Source: Ginkgo biloba
Taxonomy: Eukaryota > Plantae > Ginkgophyta
Assembly: GCA_024626585.2 (NCBI GenBank)
Contig: JANKJI020000002.1
Coordinates: 214,306,766-214,336,209 of the forward strand
Reading direction: 5' to 3'
DNA length: 29,444 nucleotides
The position numbers and the translations under genes were made by a program. Of this stretch, positions 12,414 to 24,839 are shown one piece after another. The stretch's first letter is position 1, and every line of letters begins with the position of its first letter. The notes below the pieces were generated by a model. That model worked only from the letters and a program-made list of their open reading frames with translations, was not told the origin of the DNA and did not search any database.

Positions 12414-13810
12414 NNNNNNNNNNNNNNNNNNNNNNNNNNNNNNNNNNNNNNNNNNNNNNNNNNNNNNNNNNNNNNNNNNNNNNNNNNNNNNNNNNNNNNN
12501 NNNNNNNNNNNNNACCCAACATGGCTAGCTAAAGAGGGAGAGTGGAGAGAGTGCATATATTCGTGTGAAAGAGAAGATGGCACATAAAAATGAGGTGGTT
12601 GATCCTTTTGAATAAAATAGAGAAGATTGTCAATGATTTGTTTATGGAAAAAAAGGGCTTGAACAGTTTGAGAAGAGGGTATAAGACATAATTGATTTAG
12701 AATGTGTTAGAATTCCAAATCAGAGGCTTGATGATCTTGAAGCTGGTTGGGAGAAGAAAGCACATTAGCTGAAATCATAGTAGCTTGAACAGGAGACCAT
12801 GTGGCTTGCCTTAACCTTAATTAGGTCCTCCAACCAAATTTTCATCGAGAGTTACGAGGTACATATTACAAAGTGGATCCTCAACTTCTTATTACAAATG
12901 AACCCACAGACATATGGACTCTAAAAGACCAATCTCCAATCCACTTGAAGCTCATTTGATAAATTCAAGCACAATCTTAGGCGTGGGTATAGAAACCTTA
13001 TAAAATAGGTACATGACGGCCTATGCAGGTCATAGTGATATAGAGTAAGCAGTGACAACATAATGGCATTGCAGGCACACTCCTAAAAGTGGAGATGGGG
13101 TCACAAAGATTTTCAACATGTACTAGGAGGTTGAAAATTTGAGGATGATATGCACATTTCATAAATGGCTATATCTCTACTACAACACCCACATATTGCT
13201 AGGTTCTATTGGGGTATTTAAGTATACTTGGTTGATCGAATTATAGCTTGTGGTTGGTGGTGCAATGCACGTAGAGACACTTTCTTCAACCTAAGAACTC
13301 CAAATAATATTGCTACATCCATATTTTGCTTATTAGAAGAAGTTGAAATGGCCCAAAATTGTTGTAAGGGCATTGTAGGAAGGTTTCTTTAGTAGGGGTG
13401 AAGAAATCCCTTTCCCAAGGGTCATTCATTTCTATTGTAGTGAGATCGAGGGTTGCGACCTTAATTTGGAGAGCCCATCATAAAATTCAAGGAACTGAAC
13501 TTTCTTATTTGAGCTAGCACAAGGAGTAGAGAGGGTTAGAGAAGCCCTCAAGGAACTACATTAGAGAAAGAGGAACGCCCATATCTAGATATGGTATTTT
13601 GCCACTCAACTTTGCTCTTTGAACACATCTCCACTAGTATGACATATAGAGTAAGAAGCACATACAAAAAGTTAGATTCCATGTCAATTTCCAAATCATT
13701 GTTTCATTCGACAATAAATAAAATGGAATTACAAGTTCCCTTAGCAACTGTTGACTTCCCAATCCGCCACTTCAACATTTCCTTCAACCATCTCAACAAT
13801 ATGAGGTGGG

Positions 13811-13872
13811 AAACTCACAATATATGTCTAAGTATTCATATATATGAATACTTAGACATATACTGTGAGTTT
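13811..13872. repeat. 62-bp near-perfect spacerless palindrome
   Basis: AAACTCACAATATATGTCTAAGTATTCATAT|ATATGAATACTTAGACATATACTGTGAGTTT. 30 of 31 positions pair; the single mismatch is 13820/13863. Confidence 0.95.
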
Positions 13873-14123
13873 GTATATATATATATTTGTATGTATATAT
13901 GTATGTAAAATACACACTCACTCTTATATGTAAAAAATCTCTTTTCAAAAAGACCATCCAGTCATTCCTTATTGGTTAAAGAATTTAACTATTTCATAAA
14001 ATATATACCTATGCTTATCATAANNNNNNNNNNNNNNNNNNNNNNNNNNNNNNNNNNNNNNNNNNNNNNNNNNNNNNNNNNNNNNNNNNNNNNNNNNNNN
14101 NNNNNNNNNNNNNNNNNNNNNNN

Positions 14124-15320
14124 AGGCCTATCTCATTTTGCTCACATTTTATTAATTAATTATAAAAAATATTTTATAAGAACTCTATCCATATGGGAAA
14201 TAGGAGACCAAGTTCATATTGATTCCCCACTCCTTAAGTGACAATGGTCTTGATTTCAATGGGAGATTATGTTCATGATGTTTACTTTCTTCATACAGGC
14301 CATACAAAAGTAATAGCAACGAAGAGAGATTTTTTTAATGATAATTTATTATAGAGGGTTTCTCTTATAACATAACAAGTAACATTATTATTGAGGAGAG
14401 AATATCACCTAATACATGTCCTCCAACTTATAAAAATATTTCCTTGTGTTAAAGGATTGTTAGAAGTAATAATCGATCAAGGGATCCTCATATAAAGGAA
14501 TTCCCATATTTTTTTGATGAAATTGAGTCTTTAAAGTTGATTAAGTTTTAATACCTTGAGTATTAATGGAATCATTAGTGCCTTTTTATAATACTTATGG
14601 AATATTTGTTGAGTTGAGAAGATAAAATAATTCAAAGTAGTTTTGATAGAATATTTTATAACCTTAAAAAGATCCCACTAATTGAATCCTTATGTCTCCC
14701 CCTTTATAGATTTTTCTAAAACTTATAAAGTTTTATCTGATATTATAGGTGTGTGATCATATGTATCATCTATAATAATTTCCTCCTTCAATTCTAAAAT
14801 TTCTTCAAGAGAAGTTTTTATTTCTTTATTGAATGAGTAATCTGTTGTTGCTATGATAAGTCTTATGCAGGCATGAGATGGCATTGTCCTATAAAAAGTC
14901 TTGTTCACCAANNNNNNNNNNNNNNNNNNNNNNNNNNNNNNNNNNNNNNNNNNNNNNNNNNNNNNNNNNNNNNNNNNNNNNNNNNNNNNNNNNNNNNNNN
15001 NNNNNNNNNNNNNNNNNNATCTTCTAGTTTTTATAAAGATTTATTATATTCCACTCTTAATTCAGAGGGAATAATATTAAATATTGGAGTTTATTCTTCC
15101 TTTGTATCCATGGCCATCCATACTTAAGTTGAAATGCATATCAATCAAAGATAAAATAAAAATAATAAAAAGGAAATTTTAGAAATACCTTCAACTTAGG
15201 GTCAACACCTAGCTTTGATACCAATAGATATGTCCCTAAGATATTTAAATAATTATAAAATATTCTTGATCATAAAGGCACACTAAATTATATGTCTATA
15301 TTAAGGAGACAAAAATATCA
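14124..15320 (-). mobile_element. Highly degenerate LTR retrotransposon (PBS plus eroded Athila/Tat-like integrase)
   Basis: PBS at 15212-15223. Minus strand at about 14200-14325 has eroded 'LR..YF.WP.MKK' and 'EWGIN' integrase-like motifs. The right boundary (ATATCA at 15320) is tentative. Confidence 0.5.
15212..15223 (-). promoter_or_regulatory. tRNA-iMet primer-binding site
   Basis: Minus strand TGGTATCAAAGC is an 11/12 match to the canonical plant PBS TGGTATCAGAGC. Confidence 0.7.
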
Positions 15321-18192
15321 AATGGGTTTGGCTCAAATTTTATAGATGGTGCTTGAATTTGGCCATGCAATGTAATCTTATAAATGCCTTAGGATTTGTG
15401 CACATGTAATAACTCACAAATCTAATTGAATTGAGATTTAAAATTTTAGACAAATACATATATATTAAAGAAAGATGATGAATAAAGAGGATGTCTAGTG
15501 CATAGATTTTAACTGATTGAGTGGGAAATCATTAAGTGCCTATGTTAAGGGAAAAATCTCCAATATTGTGGCTCTTTAAATTTCTCTTTGCAAGTTGTGC
15601 TCCTAAATTTCCTTTTTTTCATTTTCACCGAAATTGTTTTAGAAAATAGGGAAAAGAACTTCATATGAGGTACTCCATAAAAGGTAAATCCATTATGTAT
15701 CACCACAAGTAGACTCTCAAAAAGGTAAATGTCTTCCAATAGATGCCTATTGCTCAATATATAGCAAACTCATTTCAAATAATAATTGGTGCATAAATAG
15801 AGAGCCTCTAATGGAAGAGAATTTTAAAATTCATTTTTCCTTATCTCCTAAGAAAAAGTAATCCCAACAAGATAGGTAAAAGTCATGTATTTAATCAAAA
15901 TCCTTCACTACTACATGCAAACACAACAAAAGCTAACCTAACAACCATATTAACTATAAACATGGTCGTTTGGACAAGTTCTCATTATTGATCGATGAGT
16001 AATACTAGAAAGAAGCTCTATGACATGCAAAATGCACCTTGTCAATGGACACATGCATCTCCATGTTTGATGGATATATTGGAAATCCTTCTGTAGTGTG
16101 CATTTTGGGTGGTTCATAGTCATTTTCATCCTAGACTAGACCAAATATTGTTATGAATGGTAAAAGGAAACAAACAAATAACAAAGTTAAAGTGTACTAA
16201 GCATATAAGAGTTGGAGGAAGCAAGAACAAATATAAGACTGGCTTATGCACCTAATCATCCAAGGCATAGAGTTGCACCCCTAGGCATTTCTTTGGTTGA
16301 TATACATAGGAGTCTGTAGTATCTTTACGCCAAACAATTTACTTATCTTACATACCATAGACTATCATCTGAGTCGGGCATTATGGGTAATGTCTTTGTG
16401 TGGGCTTTGGGAAAGCAACGGAATGATTCAATCCTATCCAATTTTCTTCCAACTATTGCAATCTTTGAAGGAATTGATCAAAGGTGTACTAATCCTTGAA
16501 TGTGCTTGCAACATTGAATTAACAATCGGGTCATCCATATGTTTACCTCCTTGTAGAAGGGCATTATTTATTAATATTGCTTTGTCTAAGGGTCCAATTC
16601 ATGGCTTCAATAAAGGAATTCTAGCTGATTGCAATATATCTATATCTCCTTTCAATAGTCTATATAGCCGTGCATGGTTCAGTGACGGATGTGGCAGTGG
16701 AAGAAAAGTTAATTCCTGGTTTAATATGAGGTATTCAGAGGTTGATGGACAATAATATACACATTATGTCATATTGGGCTCGACACTGACTTTTTGATCT
16801 TTTTATTTGCATTCTAAGAAAACATGTGTTCCCAATCTCAGAAAGTGTGAAGACTTTTCAACTTGGATATGAGTCATCTAAGCTTTCGGATTTACATTTT
16901 TACTGTGATAATTTCTTCAGGTTCTTTTGCTGTCCTGCAGTCATCTATGATCTGCAATATTACTATCTACCAGATGTTCCACTTTTGGCAAGCACAGTAC
17001 TGGTCTTTTGTAACTCACAGTTCCAAAGATCAGGAAATGACTGAATCTACCAAAAAGGGAATTTGGAAGATTTGGGCACTAAAATGCATGATTTCCAGTA
17101 TTTGTGCTTCTCAGGTTTATCTATTCTCAGTGCTATATCAAAGTTGATTACTGTCAAGGTTATAGATTTTAGTTTTCAGTTGTCCTATGAATNNNNNNNN
17201 NNNNNNNNNNNNNNNNNNNNNNNNNNNNNNNNNNNNNNNNNNNNNNNNNNNNNNNNNNNNNNNNNNNNNNNNNNNNNNNNNNNNNNNNNNNNCCTATCTA
17301 TTCAACTATTAACATGAATGTATTATATCTTCGCATATTACTAATTGGGAAAACTCACCTCAGTGATATCCTATGAATTTGCATGCATATCCTTTACTCT
17401 TACTGTGGCTCTGAACTTCTGGAAAATCTATTATAAGAGTCAGTATTTGTCTTTGACTTGAGTCGCCCTTCTGTCAGAACTACTTCAGTGAGGTTCTTAT
17501 GTCAAATTCTCTCGAGGCTGAACTCTAAATTTTAACTAAATATAACATCTGCATGCATGTACATTGATGCCACTATAATTGAATTATACTGGAAAATTGG
17601 TTTACATTAAGCTACCCATCTTATTAAGTTGATAAAGTCCTACTCCATCACCACAAGTTTAGGGGCTGTTATGGAGCAGGTCAAGTTGGTTAAATGGAAG
17701 GTAGGAACAATGGACATTGATAGCCATAGTAGCATTGGTGTCAACAAGATGTGGTTGAAAAGGAAAATTGATGCCTCACCTTGTAAGTCATACAATCCTA
17801 TGTCGAGATCTGTGAGGCGTGCTCAACCAAGAGTAAACTTATCAAACAGTGTATCCAAGCAAAATGATTATAACAATACTCCTATGTCCCTTCCTTTGGG
17901 TAGGGACAATAAACCAAAAGTATACACGACTTCAATGCAATGTGTAAATTTCCATATCTATACTTCCTTGTAATATGACCCCTCCCATATTTTTATTCAA
18001 CAATAAACCCATGTCAATGTTGAGTGTATGTCTATGACCACTCTTAGTCTCATCTTGACTAATTCCAGTCAAACTTATTGGAAGCATGATAAGGTAGATG
18101 GTAGTAAAGAATTTGAACATTCTTTGTTAGGTGAATAGAAGAGTGAAGGCTTAGTATTAATGTTGATTCCATGTGTAAATGATTTTTAACAG

Positions 18193-18328
18193 TTTCGAAG
18201 ATCATGCATATAGTGGTGGAGTATCCATCACATTCAAGGGATATCTAGAGGAGGACACGTACTTCATGACAAAGCTTTTTCAAGGGAATGTGGCGTTGGG
18301 GAATTTTCCTCTTCTTATTTCTTATTCT
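18193..18328 (+). CDS. ENGase: Internal coding exon of cytosolic endo-beta-N-acetylglucosaminidase (GH85)
   Basis: Acceptor ttttaacAG|t at 18191-18192 and donor tct|GTaagg at 18329. Translation FEDHAYSGGVSITFKGYLEEDTYFMTKLFQGNVALGNFPLLISYS matches the plant ENGase segment I recall from Arabidopsis ENGase85A (about EASYNGGGNVSFRGKL...FTARLF...PISIFFS). It ends in phase 0 and joins in frame to the exon at 25463. Confidence 0.88.
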
Positions 18329-18418
18329 GTAAGGACCAATCCTTTTACCTTTCATTTCAAATTTCAGTTTCAAACAATGCTTCTAGGAATGATGTCTTTT
18401 GAAATGTTTGTTGATCAG

Positions 18419-18469
18419 CACACATACATGCACACACAGGCACATGCACATGTGCTTGCGCACACACAC
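18419..18469. repeat. Degenerate (CA)n-rich microsatellite in the intron
   Basis: CACACATACATGCACACACAGGCACATGCACATGTGCTTGCGCACACACAC. Confidence 0.7.
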
Positions 18470-18665
18470 TTGCTAATGTGCTTACGTGATCCATATCTTA
18501 GTGGACAAGTTGGAATTGTCCAATGTAATTAACTAAAGATTGACCACTACTATGTCTGCAATTGCATGTAGTCCTACTAACTTGAATTTACAATATTCAA
18601 GAACATAGATAATTAGACGCACTCACAATAATTATAAAAAGATAAAAGTTTAATTAGAGAAACCT

Positions 18666-21600
18666 TGTTAGGGAATAAAACCCTAAAATAATATATATTT
18701 TTTACAAGAATGGGTAACTTTATATTAAAAAGGGTNNNNNNNNNNNNNNNNNNNNNNNNNNNNNNNNNNNNNNNNNNNNNNNNNNNNNNNNNNNNNNNNN
18801 NNNNNNNNNNNNNNNNNNNNNNNNNNNNNNNNNNNGATCTTTGACTCATTGGAATTGTTCAATTCATGGGCTATTGAATTTCTTCAACTAATTACTAAAT
18901 CTCCTTGAGAACATTGATGATGCCTCCATCCACTCTTATAATTAATGTTGACATATTCCCCACTAGTGTTCTATTGTTCCTAAGAGTAAATTTTACAACG
19001 CATCCATTCTAGACTCAACTATCAACATGTGCACTATTTTGCCGATATGCTCTTGGAGATTTGATCCTCCACAATATCTTAATTTATGACATGTCTTCTG
19101 TGTTGCTTGTACACACCCTAATGTCTTTGTGGACTTCAATCGACACACCCTAATTGTTATAAGCCAATCAAATCAAGTGAATTTAACCTTAAGAAAGGAA
19201 AATATAAGGAAATGAATGAAGAACCTAGTAAGTGGTCCCTACATCTATTTGGGGCACCATCGAGGTCATCTTTGACCAATCGAAAGATAAAAGTATCAAG
19301 CAACAATTCAAGAGCCTAGTGTTAGGTGTCTCCAATAAGGAAGTAACACTTGGCAAAGTTCCCTCCGTTGGTGGTTGGGAGCTAGGGTGGTCCTACCTAA
19401 TAAGCTTAACTGACCCATGGAAGGACTTGGAATGCCTACTTTTGATATTTATGGATGGCTACAAGCTCTAGCTGGCTAACTTTTTAGCTTTATGGAGAGA
19501 AAAATTTCATAGTTGCTTCCTTTCTGCAATGATTAAAGACACCTCATAAGATCAAAATTTGTCTTGAAGGAGGATGGAGTGTTTCTTGGCTAGACATCTC
19601 ATGCTGTCATCAATTTCTAGCCCATTTGCAATATAAGAGACCTCAAAAATCCCTAGAAGGGTGACGTGGATCTACCTAGAATGGAGTATCATTCTCTAAA
19701 GGTAGTTTTTATATTGACTTGTGTCTAATTTCTAAAGGAGTGCAGTTGCAAGAGAATTTGTGGAAGATTCCAACCAGTTGCTTACAAGGATGTTTGAATA
19801 TCTTAGGGTCTCACCTAGTAAGTCAACCCTAAATTGTATAAATAACGGAGCTATTACACCAGTGGATGGATCCATCACTTCTCAACTTCTAGTTGACAAG
19901 GTCGAAGAATTTTCACAATTTTGATACTATGGCATTTTCTTGGTCANNNNNNNNNNNNNNNNNNNNNNNNNNNNTCTTTCAATCTCCCAATCATGCAATG
20001 TAGTATTTGAGTTTGTTCTAGTGGATGGACTTCAAGAGCTCAAATCACCATTGGTTGTTGGATTAATATAATCTTCATTTGTTAGAGTTACCTAATAAAT
20101 TTGTTTGATTCCTCATCAATCATAATTTTCAAGTTCAATCGGTTCTTCATATGGTCCTCCCATATCAGGCCACAATGGATAATAATTTTTCGACCATTTC
20201 CTTTAAATTTCATTCCTTCCTTCTCCAAGCTTATTGATCCTCTAATTGTTTACTCTCGTTTTCTACCAACTAACGTAGAGTAAGCATCATTATTTTCTTG
20301 TATGTCCACAACTTCAAAATTTGCATATATTTTCAATCTCCTCGGTGTAGCAAGAACATGTTGAACCACTCCAATTGGCTCTATAATGTGCTTATTTTCT
20401 AGTTTTAACATATTATCACTTGGCTGTAAAGGAGGTCGATCCATATTCAACCAAGATGATTTAAACATAATATTCATTTGACCTCCAATTTCAACAACAA
20501 CATCATTCAATTCAAAGCCATTCAAGTCAGGTTGACCATGGGCTTGACGTTTATGTTAGGGATTTTCTTGGTTGTCTAGCTCTCTTGATTCTATTATTTT
20601 TTGCCTTTAGGAACTCACTATTCCATATCATCTTAAGCAAATGTCATAGCTTTGAGAGAGTGTCATGATGTCCCAACAACTAAAGAAGTTCCCTTTGAAT
20701 GTTTAATTCTCCCCTGTGTCCTTTTGCTTTTGTTGACCAAATGTCCCTCACTTTTACTTTGTCATAGGATGATAATCGAACTAGTTGACCTGATGTAGAT
20801 GCTTCCTGCATCTCTTGAATTGCTTTAATAGCTTTCCAAAGCACTCTCTTTTGCTCAACTAGATTTGGAAATTATTCATCAACCTTCGACTTCTACTTCT
20901 TTGTCAATGTTTTAGGTGCTTCAACTAGAGAATATCTATCTTAACCAATTCTTGTTCCCAATGTCATAATGATTAAAACATGTTTATTGTTCCCTTCCAA
21001 CATGATCTTGCTTGATCACCTTTGGAGATGCCTTAATTCTATGTACATTCTTAAATTCTTTTACTTTTTCTAGCAAAATGGGGTGATCTTTTGTTAATCA
21101 CATCAACTTGATTGAGAGGACATTCCAAGCTTCTATAACTGATCTGATCACATTTTTCGCATCGAGGAGGATGTTTGACTTTGTATCCTCCTCACCAACA
21201 TCTTCCATATCCACCTCGGCGTATGACTCTCGTGTAGTGTGTATTGTACGCATTGCCTCAACCTCCACTTCCTTAGGGGTTTAAGGAACAATCACTTGCA
21301 TTATGTGCACTATGTTTGCAATCTTTCACCGCATGGATGGACAGCGTAGGGGAACCATCTAATTCATTGGGTTATTTGGGCAATTCCTTGTCAAGTTTTC
21401 AAGGAACCAATAGATCTCATAAAAGTTCTAGTCTGATATAGACCTAAGCAATGTCTATCTCAAAAATTTTCTTACGCATTCTTTCTGTGTGACCTTCAAC
21501 TTTGTGATCGACGCACCAAACATCTTCTCTACCATATTTTTTTCATTGTTAACTCTCTCAATTGAATTGGAATTTTCTTAATTTGAGATTCCTATCAACT

Positions 21601-24600
21601 ATTGGCAACTATCAATTAAACCTAGCCAATCTCATTTTCTATTTTGATTTCTTAGCCCAAAGGCTTCTTCATAATCTTTGATCTCCTGTTATCAAAGAGT
21701 TGATCTTGTCCATTCTCTATGGTGAGTTTTATCAAATGTCAATGTGATTTGACTCAATATATCTTTAAATCTTCTGTCATAAGCAGTCATTACCTTTCCT
21801 AGAATCTACTTGTTTTCTTTCAAATCTACTATATGCTAATGTTTCATCTTTGGATATAAAGTTGTAGTTTGAAACTTATCTTCAATGTTGCTTATCCATT
21901 TCTNNNNNNNNNNNNNNNNNNNNNNNNNNNNNNNNNNNNNNNNNNNNNNNNNNNNNNNNNNNNNNNNNNNNNNNNNNNNNNNNNNNNNNNNNNNNNNNNN
22001 NNNNNNNNNNNNNNNNNNNNNNNNNNNNNNNNNNNNNNNNNNNNNNNNNNNNNNNNNNNNNNNNNNNNNNNNNNNNNNNNNNNNNNNNNNNNNNNNNNNN
22101 NNNNNNNNNNNNNNNNNNNNNNNNNNNNNNNNNNNNNNNNNNNNNNNNNNNNNNNNNNNNNNNNNNNNNNNNNNNNNNNNNNNNNNNNNNNNNNNNNNNN
22201 NNNNNNNNNNNNNNNNNNNNNNNNNNNNNNNNNNNNNNNNNNNNNNNNNNNNNNNNNNNNNNNNNNNNNNNNNNNNNNNNNNNNNNNNNNNNNNNNNNNN
22301 NNNCTCACATCCTATATTGTGTGGCAGGAAAATAAATGTTTCTTTATATCACTAGTACCATCATAAATCAAATCAAAGGATCATAATTCGAACCTCCTCT
22401 AATTCACTTGATTATTTTTTCCTGCCTATTGATTTGTGTACTGTGGTTGTCAGCTTGTCCAACTTCCTCAATTATGTAAAAAAATTTGTAATATAACTTG
22501 TACTATCTGCATTATATCGACTTCAACCCCTATATTTAAACAATCCTCTATCTCTTCCTCCTCTGTACTTCTTCTTGTATATGAGTTGGCACTAAGGATA
22601 AACCCTTGAACAATGTTGATTCATTTAGCTCTTGATCCCTATAGTTATGCTTGTTCGCTCTCTCCTGTTCTCTCACTTTCTCTCCTTTATTTCTTCTTAT
22701 GTTAATCCTTCTTCTACTTGATCTTCCTATTGTCACTTGAGTCGAGATCTCTTATAGACACTGTCGTCGACAACCATTTGACTTTCTTTCCATGTGATCC
22801 ACTTCTCTCATCCTCACATGACTTCTCTTCTCTCTTTTATCCTTTTTGATCTCCCACACTCTCTCTCCTAAGACTGGGATTGACCATTTTCTTCTCTTTT
22901 TCTTCCATTTCCTTTTTCCTTTATCGACCTTTACCCCTCTTTTTTTCAGTACTTGTCAACGTCGCCTCATGTTCCTTCAAGATTCAGGATTTGAAAGTTG
23001 ACTTCATCTTGTTTCGTTCTCTTGCATCCTACTTGTCCTTTGTCTCACAAGAATTTAATGGTTTGTCTTCATATTTAGCAATGGTTGGTCAAAAGTCTCA
23101 TCATTTATCCAATTTCTTCTGCTTTCTTTGTCTTGAATCTAGGATTTACTGTTGACTCATTTCCACTTTCTCAAGGCATGCACTTTTGTTTTGTACCTCG
23201 CTTACTCTTCCATTTTTTTGACAGCACTATCATAACCTTTCTCCATATATCCACTAAACAAAATATACGAGGAAAAATCCTTTCATATCCCAATTGTCTT
23301 TGTCAACCAATCTTCCTTGATTGATAGATATATCAACATAGAACTACTCTAGTGGGTTTCAAAACCATTCACCAAGGTTTGTCTTCCCTTCATTCACCAA
23401 TTCTACATACAACTTCATTCATTCACCCATGGACCCCAAGTAATTCCAATTTTCTCTCTTTGTGGGAAAATTTGTCGGAATTACTGTTGATGATCCAACC
23501 TCTTCCCTAATTCCATGGGTACAGCCTTGAGAAAATTATCATGGGTTTCTAAATAAAACTTCTTCCTTGCCTAAGCAATTGTTAATCTGCTGCTCCTTTC
23601 ATAATTTTAAATATAATTATTTATTTTTCATGTCCACCATTGCTTGATTTCTTCTATTAATGGTGCTTTATCACTATTCTTTCCTCCTTGCTCCATTCAT
23701 TTGCCGATTAAATGAAAAGCTTAATCGGCAATGGAACTATTGTTGGCTTCTAATTTGAACTGGTTGACAGCAGTTATCTAGGACGGTTCTGATGTGGCAC
23801 CCTCCNNNNNNNNNNNNNNNNNNNNNNNNNNNNNNNNNNNNNNNNNNNNNNNNNNNNNNNNNNNNNNNNNNNNNNNNNNNNNNNNNNNNNNNNNNNNNNN
23901 NNNNNNNNNNNNNNNNNNNNNNNNNNNNNNNNNNNNNNNNNNNNNNNNNNNNNNNNNNNNNNNNNNNNNNNNNNNNNNNNNNNNNNNNNNNNNNNNNNNN
24001 NNNNNNNNNNNNNNNNNNNNNNNNNNNNNNNNNNNNNNNNNNNNNNNNNNNNNNNNNNNNNNNNNNNNNNNNNNNNNNNNNNNNNNNNNNNNNNNNNNNN
24101 NNNNNNNNNNNNNNNNNNNNNNNNNNNNNNNNNNNNNNNNNNNNNNNNNNNNNNNNNNNNNNNNNNNNNNNNNNNNNNNNNNNNNNNNNNNNNNNNNNNN
24201 NNNNNNNNNNNNNNNNNNNNNNNNNNNNNNNNNNNNNNNNNNNNNNNNNNNNNNNNNNNNNNNNNNNNNNNNNNNNNNNNNNNNNNNNNNNNNNNNNNNN
24301 NNNNNNNNNNNNNNNNNNNNNNNNNNNNNNNNNNNNNNNNNNNNNNNNNNNNNNNNNNNNNNNNNNNNNNNNNNNNNNNNNNNNNNNNNNNNNNNNNNNN
24401 NNNNNNNNNNNNNNNNNNNNNNNNNNNNNNNNNNNNNNNNNNNNNNNNNNNNNNNNNNNNNNNNNNNNNNNNNNNNNNNNNNNNNNNNNNNNNNNNNNNN
24501 NNNNNNNNNNNNNNNNNNNNNNNNNNNNNNNNNNNNNNNNNNNNNNNNNNNNNNNNNNNNNNNNNNNNNNNNNNNNNNNNNNNNNNNNNNNNNNNNNNNN

Positions 24601-24839
24601 NNNNNNNNNNNNNNNNNNNNNNNNNNNNNNNNNNNNNNNNNNNNNNNNNNNNNNNNNNNNNNNNNNNNNNNNNNNNNNNNNNNNNNNNNNNNNNNNNTAT
24701 GCGGCCCTCTCCACTAACAGTTCGAGCTTTTGGTGTGACGGTTCATATCAGGTTCTATGGCTAATGGGGAATTACTTCATTGACTTACATCACATGATCC
24801 ATCATTAGATAGACTCCAAACCTTGCCATTATCCTAACA
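18666..24839 (-). mobile_element. Degenerate Ty3/gypsy LTR retrotransposon inside the ENGase intron
   Basis: Inverted termini TGTTAGGGAATAA (18666) and TTATCCTAACA (24839), with flanks ACCT and ACAT (3/4 TSD match). Minus strand has gag knuckle-like REDVWCVDHKVEGH (about 21490-21530) and an aspartic protease ORF at 20250-20525 (VVVEIGGQMNIM...PPLQPS..MLKL...IEPIG...FEVVDI...YSTLVGR). Most LTR sequence falls in gaps. Confidence 0.72.
19155..19858. mobile_element. Probable solo LTR nested in the intronic gypsy element
   Basis: TGTTATAAGC...GCTATTACA imperfect inverted ends. Flanks CTAAT and CCAGT differ by two transitions. No recognisable coding sequence inside. Confidence 0.45.

Noticed and set aside
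14124-15223. Endogenous caulimovirid (tRNA-Met PBS plus AT-rich ORF)
   Set aside because: No movement protein, coat protein or RT motifs are seen, and the downstream remnants look integrase-like, favouring an LTR retrotransposon.
18069-18130. Candidate small upstream ENGase exon (AG...GT, 62 bp, right phase)
   Set aside because: It has an in-frame TGA, no similarity to the expected peptide, and would leave only a 62-bp intron.
18179-18532. ORF track call as a standalone 117-aa gene
   Set aside because: Only 18193-18328 has ENGase similarity. The rest is read-through into intron and the CA microsatellite.
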